From Armatimonadota bacterium (lineage in GTDB: Bacteria > Armatimonadota > HRBIN16), in NCBI GenBank assembly GCA_963677485.1, contig OY781964.1, positions 1,248,001 to 1,312,000 on the forward strand: DNA of 64,000 nt. The letters run 5' to 3'. Below the pieces are notes generated by a model. It made no database searches. It was not told the DNA's origin and saw only the letters and a list, made by a program, of their open reading frames with translations. This document shows positions 40,700-50,350 of the stretch, piece by piece; within the stretch, counting starts at the first letter, position 1, and the number at the start of each line of letters is the position of its first letter. Position numbers and translations under genes: made by a program.

Positions 40700-40959
40700 C
40701 GTTGGGGGAGCAAAGGAAAATAGGAGAGGAGGAGTAAAGGAGGAAAAAAAGCAGGCATCGCGGCGTGTCCAACTCGTCCTACTCATCTTAGGTGTCATAC
40801 CACACGGAGTTTAACGGACTATTCGGCAGAGATGATCGCGTGTGCCAAATCCCCTCCTAATCCACACCAGGTCTGTGATATAGTGCCAATAAGCGAGCCC
40901 ATTTGGACGCCAAACGCAGGTGCTGCCTACCAATGCGCACCACAGCCTGGAGAGTATCG

Positions 40960-43866
40960 ATGGAATTGATCAAACTGCTATCCTTATGTATTCTGTGCTT
41001 GGTTAGTCTATTAGCTAACAGCAGAACCGCACACGCCCAGGTTGAGAAGGGAAAGAACCTGCTGGCCAACCCAAGCTTTGATATGCTCAGCCCGATCGGC
41101 GACAGCTTCCCCCTGAGCTGGACGCATCAAGTGGTGGGTGATGAGGCCTCGGTCAGTGTAGACAAAGACGCGGTCGATGGCGGTCTTTCCGTGCGAATGA
41201 AGGCGGCTGGAAACAGCGTCGCGGTGGTCAACTCCGAAACCGTGCCCATCAGCAGCGGCACATTAAGCTTCAAATACAAGCTCATCGCCTCAGGCAATAA
41301 GGCACAGAACATGACGGTCTATGTGATCGCGATGAACGCGGAGAGCGTGGACATCGGGCGGGTCGGCACGCAAATGCCAGAGCAATGCATCGGCGATGGG
41401 CAGTGGCATGAGATGACACTCAACTTTTCCTTCAACGCCAGTCAGTGCGTGAAGGTGCTGGTGGCGCCGCGCATCAACGAGGCGGGTGAGCGCACCGTGG
41501 GTGAGTGGCTGCTGGACGACTTCAGCGTAATGGTGAAGAAACTCGGAGCCAAACCCATGATTGAAGCGCTGTATCAGCCCAAACCCGTGCTGTTGCTGGG
41601 TAAGAAGTCGCAGCTGGTGGTGCAGATCGCCAACCAGGGCGATGAGGAGATATTGGGCTCCAGACTACTATTAAATCTGCCGGAGGGCCTGACGCTGTCC
41701 GGTGATTTCCAGAAGCTCACCCCCACCCAATACGCGGTAGATGTGCTCAAGCTGGCCCCTGCGGATTCCATCCGATACGAGCTAGAACTGCTGGCCAACA
41801 AGTTGGGTGAATATGACCTCAACCTGGAGTGGCAGACGCCATCCGGCAGTGTCACCCGGAGCCGCCACACGGTGTGTGTCAGCAAGCTCAACGAGCGGGA
41901 GCTGTATACCGGCTCTGACGGTTACTGGCGCGCCATGCCCCCAATCACGACACTTCAGCAGGGCAACAGCTCGTCCTTGAGTCAGGTGAAGCGCAAGAAG
42001 TCGGTTGACCTTCCCGACAGCTATTTCGGCATGACCGCCCACCTGCCGCGGTCCGTTGACTTTGAGAGGGTATTTGAGTCTGGCTTCCTTATTGATGGCG
42101 ACCAGGACACCAACTGGGCGGGCAGAGCTCATGCGACCCAGGTGCCCGGCTCGGTGGAGTGGGTGGAAATCAAGCTACCCAAACCTCAGCCCATCGCCGC
42201 CATCCACATCGTGCCCTACTGGCACGGCGAGGGTTTCCCGCTGGATTTTGTGATCAAACTGCGCTCCGGCGGCAAGTGGGTAGATGTATACCAGGGCAAG
42301 AACGCCACCATACCGGCATCTGATGGCACACCCGGCCAGAAGAAGCCTTATGTGATCCAGCTCGCGAAGCTCTATCAGGCCGATGCTGTCCGGTTGGAGG
42401 TGACACGTTTCGGCATGGTCTCTGGGTTCTTCTGTGACCTGGGTGCCTCCAACGGATTGAGGCTTTCGGGCATCGAAGCGATAGACCCAAGCGGGCAAAA
42501 CCTGGCGCTCAGCAGCAAAGGTGCTACGGTGACCGCATCCACCACCCACAAGGCGTATTTCAATACCGCCAAGACGGTGCGAGAGACCTACCCACAAATG
42601 TATGAGCTGGGCATGAAGTGGAACCGCGTGGGCCAATGGGGCGACTACACCGCCTGGGCGATGGTGGAGCAGCAAAAGGGCGTGTATAAAATCGACCCCG
42701 AGACCGATCAGGCGGTCACTGACAGCATCAAGAACGGCGTGAACATCCTCTACACGCTCGACTACGGCAATCCGTTGTATGAAAAGACCCGCTGGCTGTC
42801 GGACCAAGGTCCGGTGTGGCGGCACGGTCACCCCTTCACCGGCGACGGCGGCCCCACGAAGGCGGAGAGCATCCAGGGCTTCGTGAACTACGCGAAGTTC
42901 GTGGCTACGCACTTCAAGGGACGAATCACACACTACGAGATATGGAACGAGGAGAACAGTTGGGCATGGTATGGCGAACCGCCGTCGCCTGAGCACTTCG
43001 GCACCCTCATCCGAGAGACATCGAAGGCTTTGAAGCAGATCGATCCGAACATCAAGATCATGGTTGGCGGAACCGCAGCCTATTCGCCGCAGTTCACCTC
43101 AGATACCATAGATGTGGCTGGGCGCGAAAACATCGATGCGGTGGGCTTCCATCCATACGGTGCGCCGTATGCGGAGAAGGCCATGGCTTCGCTGGATGTG
43201 GTCAACGGCGTGCAGCAGGGCAAGCCGCCGTCGGAATACGGTTGCGACAGTATCGAGCAGCTTCTGGCCTTCTTCCGCACGAAGTATGGCAAGGGCAACC
43301 CTGATCTTAAGATTTGGCAAAACGAGTGGAACGCATGCCCATTCAGGGAGGACGACGTCTACCCCACCAACATGAGCGAGGTGATGGAGGCGAAGCAGAT
43401 CGCCCGCTACTACATCAGCGGGTTGATGAACGACATGCCCTCGGTGTGGTGGTCGCTCTACAACGAAAACTATATCTCCGACTGGGGTATTCTGCGGGAA
43501 GCCGATCAGAGCCGGAAGCCCGCCTTCTTCACCACTCAGGTGATCACCACCTATCTGAGCGGCGCCAAGCCGGATCCAAGCATTGTGGTGACCGCCAGTC
43601 CCATGCTGCCCGAGCTACGCTGCAATCCGGTGAGGGGGTATCAAGGGGAGCTCATGCTGATTGTATGGCAGGCCACCAGTCCCAACAATGAGTTTGAAGG
43701 CAAACCCATCACGCTGCGGGTGAAGCTCAGCGGAGTGAAGTCGGTGGAGGGCATCAGCACCCTTCGCGCAATGGTGCAGAAGCTGAACTTCCGTCAGGAT
43801 GGCGAGGAGCTGGTGATTGAGGGTCTTCTGGCCAGCGATGCACCGGTGATTGTGCGCATTCGGTAG
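40960..43866 (+). CDS. Secreted modular glycoside hydrolase (CBM-like + discoidin-like + GH-A/GH39-like catalytic domain)
   Basis: Signal peptide, NLLANPSF, LIDGD..TNW, YEIWNEEN, GFHPY, WQNEW. Confidence 0.78.
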   Translation: MELIKLLSLCILCLVSLLANSRTAHAQVEKGKNLLANPSFDMLSPIGDSFPLSWTHQVVGDEASVSVDKDAVDGGLSVRMKAAGNSVAVVNSETVPISSGTLSFKYKLIASGNKAQNMTVYVIAMNAESVDIGRVGTQMPEQCIGDGQWHEMTLNFSFNASQCVKVLVAPRINEAGERTVGEWLLDDFSVMVKKLGAKPMIEALYQPKPVLLLGKKSQLVVQIANQGDEEILGSRLLLNLPEGLTLSGDFQKLTPTQYAVDVLKLAPADSIRYELELLANKLGEYDLNLEWQTPSGSVTRSRHTVCVSKLNERELYTGSDGYWRAMPPITTLQQGNSSSLSQVKRKKSVDLPDSYFGMTAHLPRSVDFERVFESGFLIDGDQDTNWAGRAHATQVPGSVEWVEIKLPKPQPIAAIHIVPYWHGEGFPLDFVIKLRSGGKWVDVYQGKNATIPASDGTPGQKKPYVIQLAKLYQADAVRLEVTRFGMVSGFFCDLGASNGLRLSGIEAIDPSGQNLALSSKGATVTASTTHKAYFNTAKTVRETYPQMYELGMKWNRVGQWGDYTAWAMVEQQKGVYKIDPETDQAVTDSIKNGVNILYTLDYGNPLYEKTRWLSDQGPVWRHGHPFTGDGGPTKAESIQGFVNYAKFVATHFKGRITHYEIWNEENSWAWYGEPPSPEHFGTLIRETSKALKQIDPNIKIMVGGTAAYSPQFTSDTIDVAGRENIDAVGFHPYGAPYAEKAMASLDVVNGVQQGKPPSEYGCDSIEQLLAFFRTKYGKGNPDLKIWQNEWNACPFREDDVYPTNMSEVMEAKQIARYYISGLMNDMPSVWWSLYNENYISDWGILREADQSRKPAFFTTQVITTYLSGAKPDPSIVVTASPMLPELRCNPVRGYQGELMLIVWQATSPNNEFEGKPITLRVKLSGVKSVEGISTLRAMVQKLNFRQDGEELVIEGLLASDAPVIVRIR

Positions 43867-43971
43867 TGATGATGCGTTGGGCAGGTGTTTTTTGCCTGCC
43901 CAGCCTGTACGTACCTTGTTGGCTATGTCCGGGGCGGTCTGTCAGTACGCCAGCGGAGGCCACTGTTTATT

Positions 43972-44205
43972 GACCAGTCTATTACCCACAAATATTGCAT
44001 GGCCAGTAGGTCACCGATTCCGCGACATAAATGTCTCGGCTATTGAACACCAAGACTGCTGAAGCAGTCTTCATTAACGTTATCTTTGTCGGCAAGGAGC
44101 TCCGCAGCCCGGTTTAGCGGGCTTATTGATCAATAGCCGAGACATTTATGTCGCGGAACATGGTCGATACGATCCCAATCTGGATTTGTGGGTGATTGGC
44201 TGGTC
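43972..44205. mobile_element. MITE-like palindromic insert within a dispersed 72-bp repeat
   Basis: Imperfect 22-bp terminal IR GACCAG...ACCCACAAAT. Internal perfect 29-bp IR (44018-44046/44130-44158). Flanked by TATT/TATA. Confidence 0.6.
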
Positions 44206-44366
44206 TATAGACCGCGCCGGTGCTTGTTCCTGACACATATCTTTCAAGGCTGTCCGCCAGACCGGCGCGGTCTCGAGCCTTCTGCAGCCGCTAACCTACG
44301 CACAGACCGCCCCGGACATAGGCAATTAGGTGCATTTTGCCTTGCCAAATTATAGACTTAAAAAGG

Positions 44367-45098
44367 CTATTTGGCCTTCTTCGGTTTGCTGATAGTCGGA
44401 ACAACCTTCTTGGCGGGTAGAGCGATCCATGGGCGTCGGCCGGCACCATAAGCGGTGGTGAATAACACTCTGGGGTTGCCGCCATCGGCATCCATGATCC
44501 ATGTCTGAGCGGTACCCCAGTTGGGATTAGGCATGCGGTTGGATTCAAACACGATACTCTTACCGTCGGGTGACCAGTTAGGATTATCGCTGTTGATGTT
44601 CTCCTGCAACTCGTGCGTCAACTGCTTCCGGTTGGTACCGTCGGCATTCATGACCCATATTTCGCCGCTGCCGCTTAGACTCGACAGGAAAACAATCTTG
44701 CTGCCGTCATAAGACCATGAGGCGAGGGTGTTGACATCGGTGCCCTGAGTGAGATACCGCTTGCCAGACCCATCTGGGTTGATCACATATATGGTTTGGG
44801 TATTCCCGCCGTATCCGGCCGAATCGCTCGCTACGATAATGCCCTTGAGTGACGAGGCAGCGGAGTACTGCTTCTTATTAGTGGATATTGCGGAGCGAGT
44901 CGGAGACTCACTGGTAAGGGTGACGGTCTTTGGCTTGTGACTCAACAAAACACCCCCAGCCGCTTTTGAGAATCTAGCTGAGGGCATTATGGAAACTATA
45001 TCGTTCGTTGCCGCGCAACAGGGAATGGCTAAGCCTACTGCTATGCAAAGCTGGGCACCTCGTATCAATGATATGAGACCCGCCCTGCGCCTGGGCAT
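44367..45098 (-). CDS. TolB-like PD40 repeat protein
   Basis: IYVINPDGS, WSYDGSKIVF, WSPDGKSIVF. Confidence 0.8.
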   Translation of the reverse strand: MPRRRAGLISLIRGAQLCIAVGLAIPCCAATNDIVSIMPSARFSKAAGGVLLSHKPKTVTLTSESPTRSAISTNKKQYSAASSLKGIIVASDSAGYGGNTQTIYVINPDGSGKRYLTQGTDVNTLASWSYDGSKIVFLSSLSGSGEIWVMNADGTNRKQLTHELQENINSDNPNWSPDGKSIVFESNRMPNPNWGTAQTWIMDADGGNPRVLFTTAYGAGRRPWIALPAKKVVPTISKPKKAK

Positions 45099-45102
45099 AT
45101 CG

Positions 45103-45396
45103 CTATTTTCCGGGTGTAGGTGGCATCGCAGCCGAACCACCCATGGGCAACATCGGCCCGCCGGCTGCAGGAGCTGTTGTCCCACCAGGCGCAGACATGC
45201 CGCCAGGAGCAGACATCCCACCCACGGCAGGGGCACCTGCGGTCGGACTGCTGGTGGCTTCTGTGGTGGTTGCGGCGGGCGTTGCCACAGCCTCTAGTCG
45301 CTTGTTACCCCAGACTATGAAGACAGCAATCATCACGATGCCTAGCACCACTGAAATGATGTTCACGAGGTCAAATGGGTTAGATTTTTTCTGCAT
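45103..45396 (-). CDS. Small single-TM protein with low-complexity Pro/Gly/Met tail
   Basis: TM segment followed by repeated GGMSAP. GGAG RBS. Confidence 0.65.
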   Translation of the reverse strand: MQKKSNPFDLVNIISVVLGIVMIAVFIVWGNKRLEAVATPAATTTEATSSPTAGAPAVGGMSAPGGMSAPGGTTAPAAGGPMLPMGGSAAMPPTPGK

Positions 45397-46051
45397 GGGA
45401 ACTCTCCGGTCTTACGTCATTTCGTGTGGCTAAATCTCCACACTCCTAACGCTATTATAAAACAATCCAGGTTAGTTTACACTGAATAACTAAGGATGCG
45501 TCACTATTAATTCGCAATTTGCCGATTATAGCTGAAGATACCTGTCTCGGGGCATATATAAAAATCCAGCATAGACCAATAATATGACGTCAGATAATGC
45601 AGAATGTTTCATAAATATGAGCTCATAAAGACAGAGCTTTGTGGATATCGGCACGTTATCATCCGAGTTTGTTACCACATGGTTTTGCTCAGTAACAGTC
45701 TGACAAGCGGATACTCGCCCAGCCTGTTCGTTGTGACCATTTTCGCCTAACGGTATATTAAGGTGGCATATATAGGGATATATAGCAATATATGCACTAT
45801 TACACCACTGACACCCAACACTCCCCGTCACTAGAATCACATGATGTTACGATGCACGTGGATTTTAGACCACTGTTACTAATTATAATAACAGAGGTAA
45901 GGGCTTGAATTACCAGTTTTTGCTTGAATTTCACTCAGATACACCATTGTATCTTGACCTGATGAACATAATAATACTATAATTGTACGTGTGGGCATGT
46001 TAAGTGCCAGATACACATCTCATCTACTCTCTACCATCATTGGAGAATCGA

Positions 46052-46840
46052 ATGAAGCGTAACGGATTCACCCTTATCGAGCTGCTCGTAGTCATCGCGA
46101 TCATCGCGATCCTGGCAGCCATCCTTTTCCCAGTTTTTGCACAAGCCCGTGAAAAGGCAAAACAGAGCGCCTGCTTGAGTAACATGAAGCAGATGGGTCT
46201 GGCTATGCGGCTCTATTGTGACGACAACGACGGCGGCTTCGCGGCTGTATACGACGATGAGTCTGATACCAACCAGGACGGTCGCTTGGACCGCCAGGTG
46301 TGGTCGGACAAAATCTTCCCTTACACCAAGTCCCGCAACATTTTCGCTTGCCCGTCAATGCGCAACCTCGTGAATGATGCTACAACCATCAATTCATACG
46401 TTGCTGGCGGTATGACTCTGAAATCATTAGGTATGACTACCTACAACATGAACATGTGCCACAACTGGCACTTCCCAGAGGGCACTAACACTGTTGCAGG
46501 CGCACCGGATTATATCTATCCTGTGACCGAGAACCAGTCCGCTAACCCCACCATGACCATCGCCATTATGGAAGGTAACACGACCATTGGCTGGTTCTGG
46601 CAGCACTGGAATGCAGCGCACAACGGCTGGGCAGCCACCCGTAAAGACGGTGACAAACTGATCCTTCACGGTGTTCTTGGTGAAGAGACAACTCAGCGCC
46701 ACACTGACGGCATCAACATTGCCTTCATTGACGGTCACGCTGGCTTCAAGAAGATGGTCGCTTTGACCTGCAACTTCGAGATGTGGAACTTCCGTGAGAA
46801 ACCCGACGTCTGGACATTCCCAGCTCCTTGCGTCAACTAG
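46052..46840 (+). CDS. Prepilin-type N-terminal cleavage/DUF1559/H-X9-DG protein (paralog B)
   Basis: Same motifs as, and long identical stretches with, 39851-40648. Confidence 0.93.
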   Translation: MKRNGFTLIELLVVIAIIAILAAILFPVFAQAREKAKQSACLSNMKQMGLAMRLYCDDNDGGFAAVYDDESDTNQDGRLDRQVWSDKIFPYTKSRNIFACPSMRNLVNDATTINSYVAGGMTLKSLGMTTYNMNMCHNWHFPEGTNTVAGAPDYIYPVTENQSANPTMTIAIMEGNTTIGWFWQHWNAAHNGWAATRKDGDKLILHGVLGEETTQRHTDGINIAFIDGHAGFKKMVALTCNFEMWNFREKPDVWTFPAPCVN

Positions 46841-46856
46841 TTTAATCTAGTTCATT

Positions 46857-46892
46857 AAGGCCGGCCACCCATTAGGGTGACCGGCCTTTTTT
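46857..46892 (+). terminator. Intrinsic terminator
   Basis: AAGGCCGG...CCGGCCTT followed by a T-run. Confidence 0.85.
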
Positions 46893-47048
46893 GTGTGTGC
46901 AGCCATATTTCCGAATAACCACGTCATCCACACGGCTTCGGTAGCACATACCGCCTTTTCACACGTAAATCAGTCACCAGCGCACCCATATCTGCAGTAC
47001 AATATCGCTTAGAGAACCACAAATTCCCAACACTCCGAGGAAAAGACT

Positions 47049-48539
47049 ATGCTTAATGCCCCTGATGTAAAGCTTGCGCTGGTCGGCGTCAGCCGCGACT
47101 GTTTCCCCATCGAACTCACCCGAACACGGCTAGGCAAGCTGGCCGAGGCCTGCAAAAAGATCGGTCTGGATGTTTACGTGGCCGAAACCGTGATCGAAAA
47201 TGAGGTTGATTCGAACGCTGCGCTGGACGAGGTGCTCGCGAATGGCGCCAACGCCGCCGTGGTCTACCTGGGCAACTTCGGCCCCGAAGGCCCGCTCAGC
47301 ATCTTCGCGGAGCAGTTCCCCGGCCCGGTGATGGCCTGCGCGGCCGCGGAAGAGTCCGGCAATAACTTGATACAGGGCCGCGGCGATGCTTATTGCGGCA
47401 TGTTGAATGCTAGCTATAACTTCAGCCTGCGGCAGGTCAACGTGCATATCCCCCAAATGCCCGTTGGCTTGGTGGATGAACTGGCTGAGAAGATCGCCCA
47501 TTTCGAGACGGTCGCCCGCATCGTGATCGGTGTGTGGAACCTGAAGATATTCGGATTTGGCCCACGGCCGCAGGACTTCTTTGCCTGCAATGCGCCGATC
47601 AAGCCGTTCTACGACCTGGGCGTTGAGGTGATGGAGAACAGCGAGCTCGACATGTTCGAGCAGTTCAACAAAACATCAGGCGAGGACGCTGAAGTGAAGG
47701 CCGTTCTAGCCGATATGACAAAGGAGTTGAACAACTGCTGCGGAAACAACCATCCGGGGATACTTCCCAAGCTGGCCCGTTTTGAAGTGGCACTACTCCG
47801 ATTCGCAGAGAAGAACATCGGCAGTCGTGACTTCGCCGTCTTCGCCAACAAGTGCTGGCCCGCGTTTGAAACCAGCTTCGGATTCGTGCCCTGCTTTGTC
47901 AACAGCCGCCTGAGCAGCCGCGGCATCCCGGTGGCATGCGAAGTAGACCTGTATGGCGCGCTCAGCGAGTATATGTGCTATCTGGCAAGCTGCCAGCCTG
48001 CCACCTTGCTGGATATCAACAACACTGTGCCCCGCGACATGCTGAAAGGTGCTGACCTGAAGGGTGCCGCAGTTGACGACCTCTTTATGGGATTCCACTG
48101 CGGAAACACCCCCAGTTGCTGCATGAAGAACTGCAGCATGAAGCACCAGTTGATCATGAACCGCCTGCTGGAAGACCCCACCAAGGAGCCAGACATCACC
48201 CGAGGCACACTCGAAGGCCAACTGAAGCCCGGTGACACCACCTTCTTCCGTCTGCAGGGTAATGCAGCCGGCAAGCTGGTGAGTTACGTGTGCGAGGGCA
48301 GCATCCTGGATATCGATCCGCGCAGCTTCGGCTGTATCGGCGTGTTCGCCATCCCCAACTTCGGCCGCTTCTACCGCCATGTGCTCATCGGCAAGCAGTT
48401 CCCGCACCATGGCGCCGTGGCCTTCAGCAAGGTCGGCAAGGCGCTGTATGATGCGGCCTTGATGCTGGGTGTGGAGGATATGAACGTGCCGCTACCCGCC
48501 AGCATGTGGTATCCCACCGAGAACCCGTTCGAGCTTTAG
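47049..48539 (+). CDS. L-fucose/L-arabinose isomerase family protein
   Basis: YLGNFGPE, RGDAYCG, KCWP, CEVD, FHCG, PHHGA. Confidence 0.85.
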   Translation: MLNAPDVKLALVGVSRDCFPIELTRTRLGKLAEACKKIGLDVYVAETVIENEVDSNAALDEVLANGANAAVVYLGNFGPEGPLSIFAEQFPGPVMACAAAEESGNNLIQGRGDAYCGMLNASYNFSLRQVNVHIPQMPVGLVDELAEKIAHFETVARIVIGVWNLKIFGFGPRPQDFFACNAPIKPFYDLGVEVMENSELDMFEQFNKTSGEDAEVKAVLADMTKELNNCCGNNHPGILPKLARFEVALLRFAEKNIGSRDFAVFANKCWPAFETSFGFVPCFVNSRLSSRGIPVACEVDLYGALSEYMCYLASCQPATLLDINNTVPRDMLKGADLKGAAVDDLFMGFHCGNTPSCCMKNCSMKHQLIMNRLLEDPTKEPDITRGTLEGQLKPGDTTFFRLQGNAAGKLVSYVCEGSILDIDPRSFGCIGVFAIPNFGRFYRHVLIGKQFPHHGAVAFSKVGKALYDAALMLGVEDMNVPLPASMWYPTENPFEL

Positions 48540-48609
48540 AGCGGCGTTGGTGGGACGGGACGGGACCGGTTGACGGGCGCGGAGACCGCGCCCCTTGTAT
48601 GCTTATAGA

Positions 48610-48825
48610 TGGAGGTCCTCAGACCTTAACCCAAGACTTGAGGACCATCCTCACACCGGGACGCTGGGGTGAAAGAGAAGGGGTAGATGCCGTCGCGCCC
48701 CTTGTAGCTTTGACTACGCGACGTAGAATGGCACCCTTCTCTGCAATGACCTAACACGAACAGTATCATGGGCTAAAGCCCGCATTTACAAGGATGTCAA
48801 GGTTGATTGCTTCACCTGTGTCCCT
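48610..48825 (+). ncRNA. IS110 bridge RNA (5' hairpin + target-binding loop + donor-binding loop); ends approximate
   Basis: LTG CGCGCCCCT 48693-48701, RTG CGTAG 48722-26, LDG ACAGTATC 48760-67, RDG TACAAG 48787-92. Each guide pair lies in the internal loop of a stem-loop. Confidence 0.88.
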
Positions 48826-48845
48826 AACTAGGAGCATACCGGACT

Positions 48846-50009
48846 ATGCAAATCAATGGCAACTCGTACAGCTACTACGCTGGGATCGACATATCTAAAG
48901 ACACTTTCGACGTGTCGGTCGTTGATCAAGACGGCACCCATCTGATCCACAAGCAGTTTGTGAACAACCAGAAAGGCTTCAAAGAGCTGGTGTCACTCAC
49001 CAGGAAGCAAGGCTGGATGCCTGTGCTATTCGCAATGGAAGGCACTGGCGGATGTGAGCAAAAGCTGCTTGACTACCTGTATAAGCATAAGCAGGCAGTC
49101 TCACGGCAAGAACCCTGTCGAATACACTATCATCGCCTCTCACAAGGATCTCGGCAAAAGACAGACTATGTAGACAGCCTGATCATTGCTGACTACGCAC
49201 TAAAGAACCGCCTGCGGCTCTACATTCCTAAAGGCGAAAGCTATCGGGCGCTGCAGGAGATCGGTCGCACACGGCGCATGCTGGTCAGACACCGGAACTC
49301 CCTGCAGCAGAGGCACTCTCACGCGCAGAACCTGCATGCCAAAGCGGTTCTTCAACGCAGCATAGATCACTGCACAGAGGATATCGATCTTTTGAACTCC
49401 GCGGCTGCTGAGATTATCGCCAGCAATGACAGGCTAGCGGAAGATTATCGCCTCCTGAACAGTATTCCGGGTGTAGGTGATATCACATCCAACTACTTTC
49501 TAGGGCTCATCGGTGATATATCTTGCTTTGCGACGTCTGCGAAGATAATCCGATTTGTGGGTATGAACCCATGCCCGCACCAGTCAGGAACCAGCATCGA
49601 TTCCGAAAGCAGCATATCCAAAATGGGCGATCCCTACATGCGCTCCTTGTTATACACCAGTGCCATGGCTGTATTACATATGGTGGATCACAATTCGAAA
49701 GCACTCCATCGCATGTATCGGTTCGTGGCCAAAATGCGGGAGAGATTCGGCCCGAGTTCTAGCAGGAAGGTCGTATGCGCGGTGATGCGCAAGCTGCTGA
49801 TCTTGATGTGGGCTGTGTTGACCAGGCGTAAGGTTTACGATCCGTGCTACGGACTAGAGCCGCAGGATGCTCCGGCCAACCAGACACCGCAATCCGACGA
49901 CACTGGCCTTGTCCAGTCTCGTGCCGAAGCGGCCTCAGATTTTGCCGGCGAAGGCAATGATGCTGGGCAGGACAGTGGCGTTCCAGGATTGGGATGTCTG
50001 GATGGATAG
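48846..50009 (+). CDS. IS110 family DEDD recombinase/transposase
   Basis: GIDISK, AMEGTG, KTDYVD (DEDD RuvC-like), SIPGVG, HQSG (catalytic Ser motif), SKMGD, AVMRKL. Confidence 0.96.
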   Translation: MQINGNSYSYYAGIDISKDTFDVSVVDQDGTHLIHKQFVNNQKGFKELVSLTRKQGWMPVLFAMEGTGGCEQKLLDYLYKHKQAVSRQEPCRIHYHRLSQGSRQKTDYVDSLIIADYALKNRLRLYIPKGESYRALQEIGRTRRMLVRHRNSLQQRHSHAQNLHAKAVLQRSIDHCTEDIDLLNSAAAEIIASNDRLAEDYRLLNSIPGVGDITSNYFLGLIGDISCFATSAKIIRFVGMNPCPHQSGTSIDSESSISKMGDPYMRSLLYTSAMAVLHMVDHNSKALHRMYRFVAKMRERFGPSSSRKVVCAVMRKLLILMWAVLTRRKVYDPCYGLEPQDAPANQTPQSDDTGLVQSRAEAASDFAGEGNDAGQDSGVPGLGCLDG

Positions 50010-50319
50010 CCACCGTGTGGTTCATCCTTGGCCCCAAGTGGTTGAGCAGCATTCCAGAGCCGGCGAGTCAGCGGTAGAAAGATATGATCACCACTAGCTA
50101 GCTGCTCTTGATCTAGCCGCTAAAATGAACATCATTAGAACGTTATCTTTAAAGCCTCAAAGATGCGGGGTGGGCGTTCATCACTACGGATGACGGGCAA
50201 CCCTTTGCATAACGGTGCATCTTCGCGTGGGACCGGCTTGTGCCATGAGCTTGGGTATACCTAAGGTCTATTTGCCACATTGCATAATATAAACGTTGTC
50301 CGCAGAACGTTATGGGCAT

Positions 50320-50350
50320 AAATCTGGTATTTCGGACAAATACCAGATTT
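50320..50350. terminator. Perfect 13-bp hairpin in the IS110 right end
   Basis: AAATCTGGTATTT-CGGAC-AAATACCAGATTT, just upstream of the outward-facing TTGACA. Confidence 0.55.

Noticed and set aside
45433-46050. ORF 45526-45840 in the AT-rich gap
   Set aside because: No RBS or motif and atypical composition. More likely the divergent regulatory region of paralog B.
48693-48705. 13-nt direct repeat CGCGCCCCTTGTA (48587-99 and 48693-705) read as a target-site duplication
   Set aside because: The second copy is inside the element and is explained by the left target guide plus the start of the inner hairpin. The true right junction is at 50384-85.
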